Positions 26,101 to 38,804 of a stretch of 64,000 bases of DNA are shown piece after piece. Below the pieces are notes generated by a model. It had not been told where the DNA came from. It searched no databases and was given only the letters and a program-made list of their open reading frames with translations. This stretch comes from Antedon mediterranea (lineage: Eukaryota; Animalia; Echinodermata). The stretch spans positions 36,958,437 through 37,022,436 of the forward strand of contig NC_092672.1 in assembly GCF_964355755.1 (NCBI RefSeq), given 5' to 3'. Each line of letters opens with the position of its first letter. Within the stretch, counting starts at the first letter, position 1. The position numbers were made by a program, and so were the translations under genes.

Positions 26101-29100
26101 TCATTTTGTATCTCCATTGAGATCCAGCCACTGATACCCACAGCATTGTCATTTTGTATCTCCATTGAGATCCAGCCACTGATACCCACAGCATTGTCAT
26201 TTTGTATCTCCATTGAGATCCAGCCACTGATACCCACAGCATTGTCATTTTGTATCTCCATTGAGATCCAGCCATTGATACCCACAGCATTGTCATTTTG
26301 TATCTCCATTGAGATCCAGCCACTAATACCCACAGCATTGTCATTTTGTATCTCCATTGAGATCCAGCCACTGATACCCACAGCATTGTCATTTTGTATC
26401 TCCATTGAGATCCAGCCACTGATACCCACAGCATTGTCATTTTGTATCTCCATTGAGATCCAGCCACTGATACCCACAGCATTGTCATTTTGTATCTCCA
26501 TTGAGATCCAGCCACTGATACCCACAGCATTGTCATTTTGTATCTCCATTGAGATCCAGCCACTGATACCCACAGCATTGTCATTTTGTATCTCCATTGA
26601 GATCCAGACACTGATACCCACAGAAATGTCATTTTTTATAGCAGTATATATTTAATTTAATAATATTTCTTAAAACCTAAACAATAAATATCAGAAATTT
26701 GAGGCGGAGATTTGTCTAAATGGTTAAAACCTGACCAACTGTACTGGTGGTTATGACCATATTTAGCAATTATTATATATTATTGATTTAATAATTTATA
26801 CAATTACAATATTATTTTTTGCTTTTTTTGTTGACAGTATCCCAAAAGAAACCTCCAAAGATTTGAAAAATCTTTTGATTTATTTACTGAAGAAGAACGC
26901 GTCTGAACGCATAGAATGGGGTATGTATAGACTTTGTTTACAATAGAGGAGTTGTTGGAATTTGTACCTGTTCAGTATCCTGTGTAGTTAAAGCCATAAA
27001 ACTATTGTATGTGCCATGATCAGTGGAACTAACAATCAAATTGCTTTAAAATGCTTTGATAGAAATATAGAAGTGTTGACTGTCTGACCCTGCTAATTCA
27101 TGGGTCATGATGTTTGTATAAATATGAGTTTCAGACCACAGAATAAATAAAATAAGTTCAACAACATATGCATGCAACTCCTCTGTTCAGTAATATTTTG
27201 TAATGTGTTAAATGTCAAATAATAGTTATTTACTTTGACCAAACATTGGATCAAAATTAGTTAAATGAAAAACATTACTGGAAACTGGAAACATTTTTTT
27301 TTTCTGCAGAAGTGATTAACTTGATTAAAACTTCGAAATGACCTATTCAAAGTTTTTTTAAGTAATCTTCATAGATCATATTTTTTTTTTAGGGGGGGGG
27401 GAGGGGACAATACATCTTTATTTACCAGTATTAAGACAAATATTTTTATTACTTTATTATTTTGTTTATATTTTCAGATAGCTTCTTTACACATTCTTTC
27501 CTTACAAAGAAACATCTTGCCACAAGTAAGTTATTAGATTACAAAATATCATGCTTTTAAAATTAAAATTTGCATAAAGGTCTCTGCAACTATCTAGTAA
27601 ATTGTATAGTAGATAAGCAGCTCTTAAGCCCTGTCTACACTATCAAACTAGTTTGACAAAAGAAATGTGATGTGCCCAAATATGGTAGTGATATTCCCAA
27701 ATATGGTAGTGATATAACATCATCATGACGATATATGGTCACATCACATTTTTTTGTCGCATAAAATGTTATAGTGTCCTCTTAAAATATTTTGTTGAAT
27801 TTTGGATTACATTTTTTAGCCTCTCCCGTACCTGTTCCAGTCCGATGCCATTCTTTTTCCTCCAGCTCCCCTGAACTACAAGCAGTCTCCGCATCACCAT
27901 TGTCTGGGATGCCAATATCCTCTCCAGAAGACAACTACTTAGTTAAGAAGAAGCATTCAATTGCTGATGCGTCATTAGTAGATGACAAATTTGGCACGCC
28001 ATCAAGTGCAGGATCTGAAGTGGAACAATTAGAAGAGGTTTGTCATTGTTCATTCATTCTCTATCTTTCTTTTTGATATGATAGTCAGGGACTAGAGCTT
28101 TTATATCCAGATTTATAGGCTGGGGGCCACAGGTATAAAAACAATTTTTTTCTGTGACCATCATATAGAGATTTTGTACTATTTTATAACTATTTAACAA
28201 ATTAAATGTAATGTGAATGAATTACCTTAATTCATCCATGCCACTTAGAACAAATAGATTGCTACAAGACAGAGTGTAACTTTTTTTAAATTTCTATTTC
28301 AGGACTTTGTTTTTTTAGATCCACCAAGTAATAATTCAGGTAATTAAAATGCTTTTTTAAAATTTTGCTAAAAATCTGCTTGTTTTTAATATTACCAACA
28401 GTAAAGTTAAACAATTTCAATTAAAGATAAACAAATGGATTAACAACTCATAAATCAACCATGTTAATTTATTTTCAATGAAATAGAAATATAATGTATT
28501 TCAACGATTGATTGATTTAGAAATTATGAGCAATATCTTTAATTTGATTCTATGATTTCATTTTATTTTCAGAAAATAGTAATCAAGCGCAAAAGAAATC
28601 ATCTATGTCTGGTGATTTTATTTCATTAACAAGGTGAGTAGTACCGATTTACCTCATGGTTACCATATTAATTTTTAAAGCTCTTTCTACACTATCAAAC
28701 TAGTTTGACGAAAAAAGTGTGATGTGCCCAAATATGGTAGTGATATGCCCAAATATGGTAGTGATATGACATCATCATGTCCATATATGGGCACATCACA
28801 TTTTTTTGTCACATAAAGTTTGATAGTGTAGACAGAGCTTAACAGAAGATGAATCATAGCTTACGTGGTAAAACCTGTTTGTCTGAAACAGTGCCAATAC
28901 CTAAGCCTATAGGAGATTAGTGTGAATAGATATCTTATCTTGTTATTGCTCTTTGTTTATAAAGTTTTTGTGCATGTCAATCATACAATATTCCTGTCAA
29001 TGTTAATTATTGTATTTATCAACCAATCAACAAATTATCAATCAATCGATTAATCTGCTAGGATTATCATATGTTATTAATTATAATTTGTAATAACAAA

Positions 29101-32100
29101 CAAAAGTTGTGCTGGTATATGAAAATAATATTCTGAAAATGAAAATGTTATAATAATATATTAATAAGATATATTTGACTCATTTATTTATTATTATAGT
29201 AAATAGTAAATAAATACAAAATGAATGATTAATTTATTAATTAATTTATTGTAGCAACTCACCGATTGTTACCTTTACGATATCGCCTGGTGGTAGTCCT
29301 GTGCACATCAGCAAGCCAAATACACCAGCAGATAACAGGTTAGTCAGTCTTGGTATATAATAAGTACATACAGTACTAGACTCACAGTTGTGTGTTGTAC
29401 TGTAATATTCAACACTATACATAATATACCTCAGGTCATACATAAATTTTCCGCACTTTTCCGAACATTTGTGTCCCAAGAGACAAGTTTTAATCTAGTT
29501 GCAATACTTCAGTTCTTAAAAGATTAATTCCATTGCTATTTTGACCCAAAGAGCATTTTCTTAAATTTAGTCCATACTTTAAGAACTAGTGAATGACAAT
29601 CTGTCAGAAGATTATTGTTTGATCTAAAGCTCTGTCTCTATCAAACTTGTTTAACAAAAAAAAGTGTGCTCAAATATGGTAGTGATATGCCCAAATATGG
29701 TAGTGATATGCTCAAATATGGTAGTGATATGCTCAAATATGGTAGTGATATGCCCAAATATGGTAGTGATATGCTCAAATATGGTAGTGATATGCTCAAA
29801 TATGGTAGTGATATGCTCAAATATGGTAGTGATATGCTCAAATATGGTAGTGATATGCTCAAATATGGTAGTGATATGCTCAAATATGGTAGTGATATGC
29901 TCAAATATGGTAGTGATATGCTCAAATATGGTAGTGATATGACATCATTGTGTCCATATTATGCATTGTGCATATCACATTTTTTTTCCACATAAAGTTT
30001 GATTGTGTAGACAGAGCTTTAATGTGTCGGTTAACAAGCTAAATAGATTTATGTTAGTTGCCGATCATAAACATCGGATGATTTTTCAATTTCTAGGCCT
30101 TCTAGTCTTCCAATTCAATGTAAACCATCACCCGAGTCAAAACCAATTCCTGTGCCATCTGCTGGTCAGGATATCTTCAGAGGTCAAAGTTCAACTGGCA
30201 AAACAAGTATTAATTACAGTAGAAGTGCCCCTCAGGTATTCAGTACAGAATTGCATTTGTTATCTCTGTGTGTATCTTAAAAATATATTTAGAAAATAAG
30301 CTTAATAATTATTTTAAATTAATTTCAATTTAATTTAAAAAGCCTCCAGAAATGGAGAGATGCATTAAAATGACAAAACAAAAGCAATACATTAATATAC
30401 AAAACAAAACGGAAACATGCCTTCTAGTTTTCCAATTCAAATTAATTACATCATCATAATTGTTGTTTCTTATGATCAAGTATGTATATATGCAAATGAC
30501 AATAAATGGAAGTAATTTTCCACTGATGAATGAATGCTAAAAGGTCATCTCTGATTTTATCGCTAATATCTCTACGCAAAATTCATTTTGATATTTGTAT
30601 TATTCCAGTTTCATACTTTGTCACACAATCCAAAAGCAACAAGTCCAGTTCTAGGCCTAGGCCTTGTGTCACCAACAAATGCTAAGGCTGGACATGGACT
30701 CATGCACCGTGTGTCAATGCAACCAGGAAGTGATCTCTGGGAACGTGCTGCAACTTTGCCATCTAGCCATATAAAAGCTGCCTCCGGTAAATGTCTTATC
30801 CATCAAGTAGTGGTCATGTATTCTTGTAAATAATTATAGGAGTTTATCCAATACCGTAACTCATGTGCCATAAAAGGGTTGGTTAAGGGACTGGGTGAGT
30901 TATATGTATGTTGAACTTCCTGTTTGCTTATGTGGAAATAAGAATTTTCATTTCATACGCATCCAACAGCGAGTAACTCACCAGTTACACTGAAGTGAAG
31001 TGAAGCATGTTAACCAGCAAGCTACAGCTTCACTACTTCAGAGTTCAATAAGAATGTCTATAACTATGTGCAATTTAGCCCTGAACCCCTGCACATTTAT
31101 GGCTTTAATTGTCTATTTTCATTCTCTGTGCTTTATTATAGTTAAAAGTCCAAAACGAGAATCACCAGTGGGCACTGGAAGCCCTATGTCCAGCTTGCCG
31201 CCAATCATAGGATCTCCCAGCAAGAAATCATTGGTGGAAGACAATGCCAGTTTCCAGGCACAATCAAAGGTAAAGAAAAATGATCAACATTTTAAAGCTA
31301 CACTATCAAACTAGTTTGATTATAATTATTTATGTTTCTACCTTTAACTTTTCTTTTTCAATACATCCAACAGCAAATAACTCATCAATTACAGGATAGA
31401 AAAATTATAGTATGCTTATAAAAAATCTCTCATTAAGAGCTTATCTGTCTACACTATCAAACTAGTTTTGTCAAAAAAAATGTGATGTGCCCAAATATGG
31501 TAGTGATGTGCTTAAATATGGTAGTGATATGACATCATAATGTCCATATATGGGCACATCACATTTGTTGTCACATAAAGTTTGATAGTGTAGACAGAGC
31601 TTTAGGATTACAGTATATCATAAATAAATCTCATATGTCTTGTACACAGTCTTGTAGAGGAAAGTATAAGGTTACCTGCCTGATGTAAACCAGCTAGAGC
31701 AGTTAAATCCGTTCAGTATGCCTATTGCTTACTCCTGACAAGATTGTGTTTGATAACAATATAACTCTGTATTCAGTAACAACTCACAGTTTCTAGGCTC
31801 TGATCTGACTTCTTACATAAAATTCAATATTAAATATTCACCCTCTTTCAGCCGCTAAGCATACCATCCAATCGAAGGACAGCTCGTCGTAAAACAGTAT
31901 CGGAGTGTGAAGGTCAAAGTTCTTCGTCCCACTCGAGCATAAACAAGAGTGCCAGTTCGGGGAAGCTGTCAGACCAGTTTGTGGGATTGTACAAGATTGG
32001 AAGGTCAAACTCCAACCACAGTGTTGAACTAAACGGTAAGCACATTCTCCAAGTACATATAGTTTATATTGTTCATTTAAATGGATTGATGTTCCCTTAT

Positions 32101-35100
32101 GACACATAAAGCTCTGTCTACACTATCAAACTAGTTTGACAAAAATGTGATGTGCCTATATATGGACATGATGATGTCATATCACTACCATATTTAAGCA
32201 CATCACTACCATATTTGGGCACATCACATTTTTGTTGTCAATCAATCAATCAATCAAATAAACATTTATTTCTTTCATTTTCAAATTAACATTAAGAGTG
32301 TCACATCATATTGTTTTGTCACATAAAGTTTGATAGTATAGACAGAGCTTTACACGGTTTTCTAGTATTTATAAATGTTTTTTTCCCCACAGCTGGGTTT
32401 GGCAGTACCAGTAGCCCACCGTTGTTTGGTTTCAACCTCTCATCTGGGTTATCTAGCCTGTCTCGACGCAGCTCAGCACAAAGAGACAGTTCACCTTCCA
32501 CTCAAGGATCCCTGCCATACACATTCGCTACGTCACCTCCTAATATGGAAGGATTCATTCAGTTCGTTGCCCCTGATCTTCCTGAGGAGACATTGCTTGA
32601 GGTATGGTTAAGCACTGTCTACCTATCTATCAATCTTTATGTGATAAAAAAATGTGATGTGGCCATATATGGACATGATGATGTCATATCACTACCATAT
32701 TTAGGCATATCAATACCATGTTTGGGCACATCACACTTTTTTTGTCAAACTAGTTTGATAGTGTAGACAGAGTTTTAAAACATTTTTTATCCTGTAAGAG
32801 TAGAATCTCAATGCTGATTGTATTAATCAACAACAACCGTATCCTTGAATATTGTTGGTATTCTAGTAGTCGACCAAACGGGTTAATGCTGCGGCCTACA
32901 ACGTATTTAATCTTTATTTTGACCGGGAAAATTTATTTTCTTCCCATTGTATTAATGTGTGGAGATTTTAATAAAATAGATAAATTGAAATTTTTTTATC
33001 CTAGCCTGAGCATACAGAAACTGTAGAGTATCTGAACAAAATGCTGGGTATAGTAGAAGCAGTGTTTGAAGTGGCTGACTCACGTACAACATCCCTGGCA
33101 GAATCACTCTTTCTTGGCAGGCCTAAAGATGGTCTAGTATTTGTCAGTGAAGCTAACAGGTTTGTTTATATTGTGTATATTTTATATATATGTGAACTTT
33201 ATATATATGTGAACTTTATTCAATCAATCGTACATTTGTTATAATGGTAACCACAATAAGATATAATATTACAGTAGATTTTTACAAAAAAACAAGACCA
33301 ATATAAATATTAATTACAAAATATATACAATGATTATTTACAGTAATGATAAAAATAAAAATTAATTGTTTATATTGAATATTATTGGAAACAGAAGTTG
33401 AATAATAAAATACAGGAAAATTTAATTAGAGGTTTACAATCAATGGAAAAGATGAAAACATATAATATGTCTCAGACACCCTTGTTAAGATTTGTTTCCA
33501 TATTTTTCTGTTTTGGGCAGGATGGTTTGTTATTGTGTTAAAGTTAATTTTTCCTTTTATATCTCTAGTCTCATAATTATGTTTCCATACCATTTTTCTT
33601 GTTTTGCTATTCTTTATATATGACTGTCACCATGTTTCTACAATGTCACTATCTTTTTAAAAGAAACAAAACACAGTATTATAGAGTCTGGATCTTATTC
33701 TTTTTATTAGGCAACTGGAACAGCTGTTGCTGTACCTAAAGGCATTAGAGTACCTTGAAGTTAGTTTAAATAGAGCTCGTACAGAATTTGCCTCACTGAC
33801 ACTAAAGCCATCTAATGCTGTTTGTACAGGTATGATTCCCTAATTAAGTTTATGCTAGTTTTAGCAGCTTCTGACATTTGACCTGTTGCCGGTTGTTTTG
33901 TGTTACGCATGTGACTTGCAATGGATAAACAATCACTCTTAATCACTCTGTCTACATTATCAAACTTTATGTGACAAAAAAATGTGATGTGCCCATATAT
34001 GGACATGATGATGTCATATTACTACCATATTTGGGCATATCTCTACCATATTTGGGCGCATCAAACTTTTTTTACCAAACTTGTTTGATAGTATATAATG
34101 CTTTCATTTCAGTTGTAAACAAACTCCATGGTTACTACAAAGAATGCTTGCACAAAACAAAGGAAATGTACGACAGAAATTTGCATGAATCTCCAAAAAT
34201 CGTAGATGAAAAGAATCCAATCAGAGCGGAGCAGCTAATGTACAGCTATGCTGTTGACCTGTGTCTCACCACTGCCCTGGATGAGCACACTGCAAATGAT
34301 GGCAACCTCCAGGTAAGCCTTAATGCTATAAACAGTAATTAGCTTAGACTTGTTATTTATAGTGTGCTCATGACATTGTATCATTTTCTTATATGAATAA
34401 TATGACTTTATTACCATACAATATTTTAATTTAAATCAAAGAAATTTAAATATATTAATTATTTTCTTATTAAGTTGCCGCCTCCAACCAGCTGCATATT
34501 TTACAGTTATGCAGAAGTCATAAGCTTTCAGTTGCATTTCCCTTGATTTCTTTTTTTTCTTTCCATTTCTCCCCCTTTTCTTTGTTCTTTGAGTCTCAAT
34601 GTCTCTTTGAGTCTCAATGTCTCTTTGAGTCTCAATGTCTCTTTGAGTCTCAATGTCTCTTTGAGTCTCAATGTCTCTTTGAGTCTCAATGTCTCTTTGA
34701 GTCTCAATGTCTCGTTGAGTCTCAATGTCTCTTTCAGTCTCAATGTCTCTTTCCATCTCAATGTCTCTTTGAGTCTCAATGTCTCTTTCAGTCTCAATGT
34801 CTCTTTCAGTCTCAATGTCTCTTTCAGTCTCAATGTCTCTATGTTTATAGATGAATAACTATACATTAATCGTACTGTCTTTTTTCATTAGTGTATCTCA
34901 AGATATAAAACTGGACTAATGTTAATAAACGGCCTGCTTCTTGGTCAACAGTCTGAATCTACTGATGTGTCAGTTCTTCAACGTTGTAAGTATATTATAT
35001 GTTGTTATTTATGTTTTATTATTATATATCTATCTGGGTTTAGCCGGTGAGTGGTCATAGCCATTACGCCACTGTGTACTACTATAATCAGACTTTTTCT

Positions 35101-35476
35101 GACCCTCGTATATTTTATATACACTAAAATAAATAAATTAAAGAAAAAAATAAATCTCAAGTGTGAAACTTTAACCATCACTTAAAAAAAAAAAAATGTT
35201 CTAAGTTAGGTCAGATGTCATGAAGGAGAGTGCCAAGGTCTGGTTGTTTTTAGTCTCATCCCATCAGAACCGGCCAAATCTAGTTTACAATAAGAGCAGT
35301 ACTGAAAAATAAAACCTTAATCATTTGAATCAATAAGTTTTATGAGTGTCATAAATGTGCTATATCGTAAATTACATTATTAAATAATGATTACATGGTT
35401 TCTTTTTACAGACAAGCAGGTCGTTGACCAGAGACTTGTATACCTAGAAAGGCAAGTACAATTGCCTGTCTTATAA
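20104..35476 (+). CDS. ULK1/2: Serine/threonine kinase ULK1/ULK2 (Atg1/unc-51); 24 coding exons
   Basis: Exons approx 20104-20193, 20345-20434, 20832-20873, 22885-22954, 23182-23232, 23399-23524, 23990-24063, 24578-24738, 26838-26920, 27478-27525, 27820-28038, 28303-28339, 28573-28633, 29255-29338, 30097-30235, 30609-30787, 31142-31269, 31852-32035, 32393-32601, 33005-33159, 33711-33829, 34113-34312, 34892-34985, 35412-35476. Motifs: [100 protein letters not shown]. Confidence 0.95.
22237..22380. mobile_element. Harbinger MITE family 1
   Basis: TAA-AGCTCTGTCTG...GGACAGAGGT-TAA. Confidence 0.8.
24156..24517 (+). mobile_element. tRNA-derived SINE interrupted by a Harbinger MITE (24245-24396)
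   Basis: Head tgtagcttggtag...gtgttcaatcctg as at 6712; MITE body; SINE 3' part continues after the MITE. Confidence 0.55.
24957..26636. repeat. 48-bp minisatellite, ~33 near-identical units, in a ULK intron
   Basis: Unit ttttgtatctccattgagatccagccactgatacccacagcattgtca. Confidence 0.97.
27627..27776. mobile_element. Harbinger MITE family 1 (one end degenerate)
   Basis: TTA-AGCCCTGTCTACACTATCAAACTAG... with two 21-bp units. Confidence 0.75.
28679..28839. mobile_element. Harbinger MITE family 1, near-consensus 161-bp copy
   Basis: TAA TSD; TIR AGCTCT(G/T)TCTACACTATCAAACT / AGTTTGATAGTGTAGACAGAGCT; TWA TSD is typical of PIF/Harbinger. Partial copies also at ~6987-7120, 31296-31320, 32612-32772, 33945-34092, 49196-49303, 51252-51396. 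Confidence 0.85.
29628..30018. mobile_element. Harbinger MITE family 1 with internal 21-bp unit expanded to ~13 copies
   Basis: TIRs intact; (aaatatggtagtgatatgctc)n at 29670-29940. Confidence 0.85.
31323..31601 (-). repeat. Inverted duplicate of the MITE+SINE-tail+flank composite at 24245-24517
   Basis: The reverse complement matches the MITE, gagattttttataagcatactataatttttctatcctgtaatt...gctgttggatgtatt and the flank aaaaagaaaagttaaag.tagaa.cataaataatta. Confidence 0.8.
32110..32349. mobile_element. Harbinger MITE family 1 with internal (caat)n-containing insertion
   Basis: Both TIRs present; insert at ~32240-32300. Confidence 0.75.
34588..34838. repeat. 18-bp minisatellite, ~14 units
   Basis: (tttgagtctcaatgtctc)n in a ULK intron. 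Confidence 0.95.
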
Positions 35477-35890
35477 CAGTGTCTGTCTTTGCTCTATGGA
35501 TAGATGAAGTCCATGGTTTAGGTACCTACCTAACAGGTGAACTCAAAGGACTGAACTGGTAGATGAAACAGGGAAATAGAAGCCATCTGATTGGTTCGGC
35601 TAGCTTGTGATGCAGAAAACATTGCCGTGTTAATTATAAGAAAAAGAGAATTGATTGTTAGCCTAGAAGGTTTGCTTCAAATGTGGGAAGAGGTGTAAAA
35701 CAAACACTATATGACCAGATGAAGGCAAAAACATTGTCAACAAACCTGTTGTGTAAATATTATTAGAATAAAAATAAACACTGTTTTTAATATGTAAATT
35801 AAGTATAAAAACATATGTACTAGCTACTAAAGAAGATTACATTTCTGTGTTTAAACTGTACAATTTTCTAAATATTTTATTAACTCAAAT

Positions 35891-36405
35891 ATAATGATGG
35901 TTTCATCCATTAACAGTTTCCCCATAAGGAGGTTGTATGGTGGATAATGATGGTTTCATCCATTAACAGTTTCCCCATAAGGAGGTTGTATGGTGGATAA
36001 TGATGGTTTCATCCATTAACAGTTTCCCCATGAGGAGGTTGTATGGTGGATAATGATGGTTTCATCCATTAACAGTTTCCCCATGAGGAGGTTGTATGGT
36101 GGATAATGATACAGCATTCATCCATTAACAGTTTCCCCATGAGGAGGTTGTATGGTGGATAATGATACAGCATTCATCCATTAACAGTTTCCACATGAGG
36201 AGGTTGTATGGTGGATAATGATACAGCATTCCTGTGCTATGTTTCCCCATGAGGAGGTTGTATGGTGGATAATGATACAGCATTCATCCATTAACAGTTT
36301 CCACATGAGGAGGTTGTATGGTGGATAATGATACAGCATTCCTGTGCTATGTTTCCACATGAGGAGGTTGTATGGTGGATAATGATACAGCATTCCTGTG
36401 CTATT
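35891..36405. repeat. 53-57-bp minisatellite, ~9 units, downstream of the ULK stop (probably 3'UTR)
   Basis: Unit ataatgatggtttcatccattaacagtttccccatgaggaggttgtatggtgg, changing gradually along the array. Confidence 0.93.
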
Positions 36406-37351
36406 TCACATGCACAACAGCAGTGTGTTGTTGCTATGTGTATCGGTCAAGCCGTGGACCTATAAGGGTCCATGGTCAAAGTATAGTGAAATCGGTATTA
36501 TGTCCTCCAATTTCAGTATAGGAGGTTTTGTACAGGTTATGATGATACTGGTTTTGCTTATTGCAAAACAGTGGTGTGTTGTGCTGAAGATTAAAAGGTG
36601 CTAATTCCTGTTTTAATTACATTAAAAGGATATTTAATATACAGTAAACTAACATTAATGTGTAAATAAGGATTTTAATACCAAACTTTTTAGAAATTAG
36701 TTATTTATGAAATAAGATCAACTTTACAATTGTATTCTGCTTATATCACATGTGATCACATGTGATTAGTCTAGAAAAGTAGATTTTAAATTTTAAAAAA
36801 TCTTGAATTTTACTGAGTTTTTAACAAGATAGGTTTACAGTATGTGTAAACATTTTTTAAAACGTGCAATGAATTTTTTATTCGCTTTTTTTTACAGATG
36901 AAGTCTCAATTTTTGTTTTTTTTATGATGAGATGTTAAATGCGTAGTACTGTATACTGTATTCACTGTACTGTCTAGTATACCATAGTATTTTAGTTAAA
37001 AAATATTCGCTATTTGAAATGAATAATGATCATTATTTATGCTGCAATTGTGTATGATTTTAAAATCAAAAATGTTGTTTGATATTTTTGATTGAATTTT
37101 ATTGGACCAAGTTAAATGTGTGTCTGATGTATGAATATGTTAAAATGCTGTGTGACATGACCTGCTGATAGTGTATAAATTGTGAAGTATTTATTTGATT
37201 GTTTGGCCAGCATGATAGTCTACTGTTTACTGCAGTAACTGTTTGATTTCTATTTAACTATGCATTATATAGTATTGTTACTATTATTTTAGATTTTTAC
37301 TATTATTAATTATACTAAATCATTCAGTAGTCTTTGAAGTAGTAACTTTAA

Positions 37352-37488
37352 CAGTGGCGAAACACAGTGGACAAATGCTTTTTTTATTTAGCTCTCCTAA
37401 TGAGCCCTCCAAAGCTAGGCAGTTGCATTAGATTGCTCTGGACCCCTTAAGCTCCTGGGTTTTTAGCAAATGAGCCGTTACGCCACTG
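37352..37488. mobile_element. Short hAT-like MITE
   Basis: CAGTGGCGAAAC...GTTACGCCACTG; imperfect 8-bp flanks aactttaa/gacttaaa. Confidence 0.45.
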
Positions 37489-38319
37489 GACTTAAACTAC
37501 TGCCATCACCACAGTAGTGAGCATGTTTATAATAGAATAATAATATACAGTTTAAAATCTATAATTCAGTATTTATTTTATTATATTATAAGTTAAATCA
37601 TAAATGAGAGTGAGAGTGGATTGATGGGGTAAGGGGGTGGAACTTTGTAATCTATAATACGATAATTATTTATAAGATTATAATCAAATCTATTGAATTT
37701 AAATCATAAAGTAAAAGAGTAACCCACGGAGTAGGGGTGTGTTTTGTTTGGGTTTTACTTTGTTATTAATGTGATTTCAGGCTTGCAGTACACCACAGTT
37801 TCCAAAAAGGAAGTAGTGTCACTTGTAAACCTGAGCTTTAAACAACATGATATTATAATCAATTTTATTTATTATGTGATCTGACTGTGACTGAGAATGG
37901 AAGATGTTGCAGATAATATATTTACAGAATAAAGTTAGATTTACAAATAAATAGTTTAAACATAGCGGTAATTGTGGTGTTGAATACTTATATAGCTATT
38001 TATGTAATAGTGTTATTTATAATAATAAAAGTAATGTGACAATTTTATTGGATTTATTGACTTTAATTGTTCAATTTTTGATGATTCCACTTTTTATAAA
38101 GTGACAAAATAAACAGTTAAACCTAAAGTTGACAGAAAATTTGCTTCTTTTCTTTAAATTTAATTTTTTCCCCTGGTAAATAGGTTTTTCACTATATTAT
38201 AAACAATACAACAGTAGTAATTTAAACAAATACACCAATTGTTATTGAGCGCCGCCGAGAAAAGGTGTAAGTTCAAATAATATTAGGATTTATTTTTGGC
38301 AAGTGGTATAACTTTCACT

Positions 38320-38700
38320 TCAGCCAATCAGCGACTAAAGAAGTAAGTACGTTTTTACATAATAAACGTCACAAACCAGGTAGATACCTGATCTAGCCGG
38401 TTCTGTGTTGCTTCTTACAAGGACAAGCCCCCAGTTAATCAACCAATCACATTTCTTGGCTCGCTAAATAGTAGTAGTTTCTAGTTACTTACAGTGTATT
38501 GGTATTCTGTAAATTCTTTTAATTTTATATGCTTATTTATCAATATTATCATAATCAATTTATATTGATAATATGGTTAAATATTGGTCTGTTTTGTTTT
38601 ATATAATATGTTTCAAATTGTACAGACTGTTTAGAGAAGTGATAATGTTTAGAAACTATTCACACGTCATAATATACCCCGCCCCTTTTAATTGTCACAT
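38320..38700 (+). promoter_or_regulatory. Putative MIOX promoter
   Basis: CCAAT boxes ~38323 and ~38442, CRE-like CACGTCA ~38663, GC-box CCCCGCCCC ~38677, just upstream of the ATG exon. Confidence 0.4.
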
Positions 38701-38804
38701 GTTCATGAGAGAGAGAAGAGAAATCGTCAAACAATCAAAACACAGAAAACCAAGATATCGCGCTAGACGACGTAAACAAAGTTTTATTTTCTATTTCTTC
38801 GGAG

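Noticed and set aside
24993-26655. Three 500+ aa repetitive ORFs
   Set aside because: Artefacts of a stop-free 48-bp minisatellite lying inside a ULK intron with canonical flanking exons.
29615-29995. KYGSDM/ISLPYL repeat peptides (also 16860-17092 and others)
   Set aside because: Translations of the MITE internal 21-bp unit, not proteins.
34436-34866. ERDIETQ/LKETLR repeat ORFs
   Set aside because: Translation of an 18-bp intronic minisatellite.
35891-36405. CRISPR-like appearance of regular repeats (also 24957-26636, 43067-43430, 50600-50905)
   Set aside because: Units are contiguous with no unique spacers, there are no cas genes, and the context is eukaryotic.
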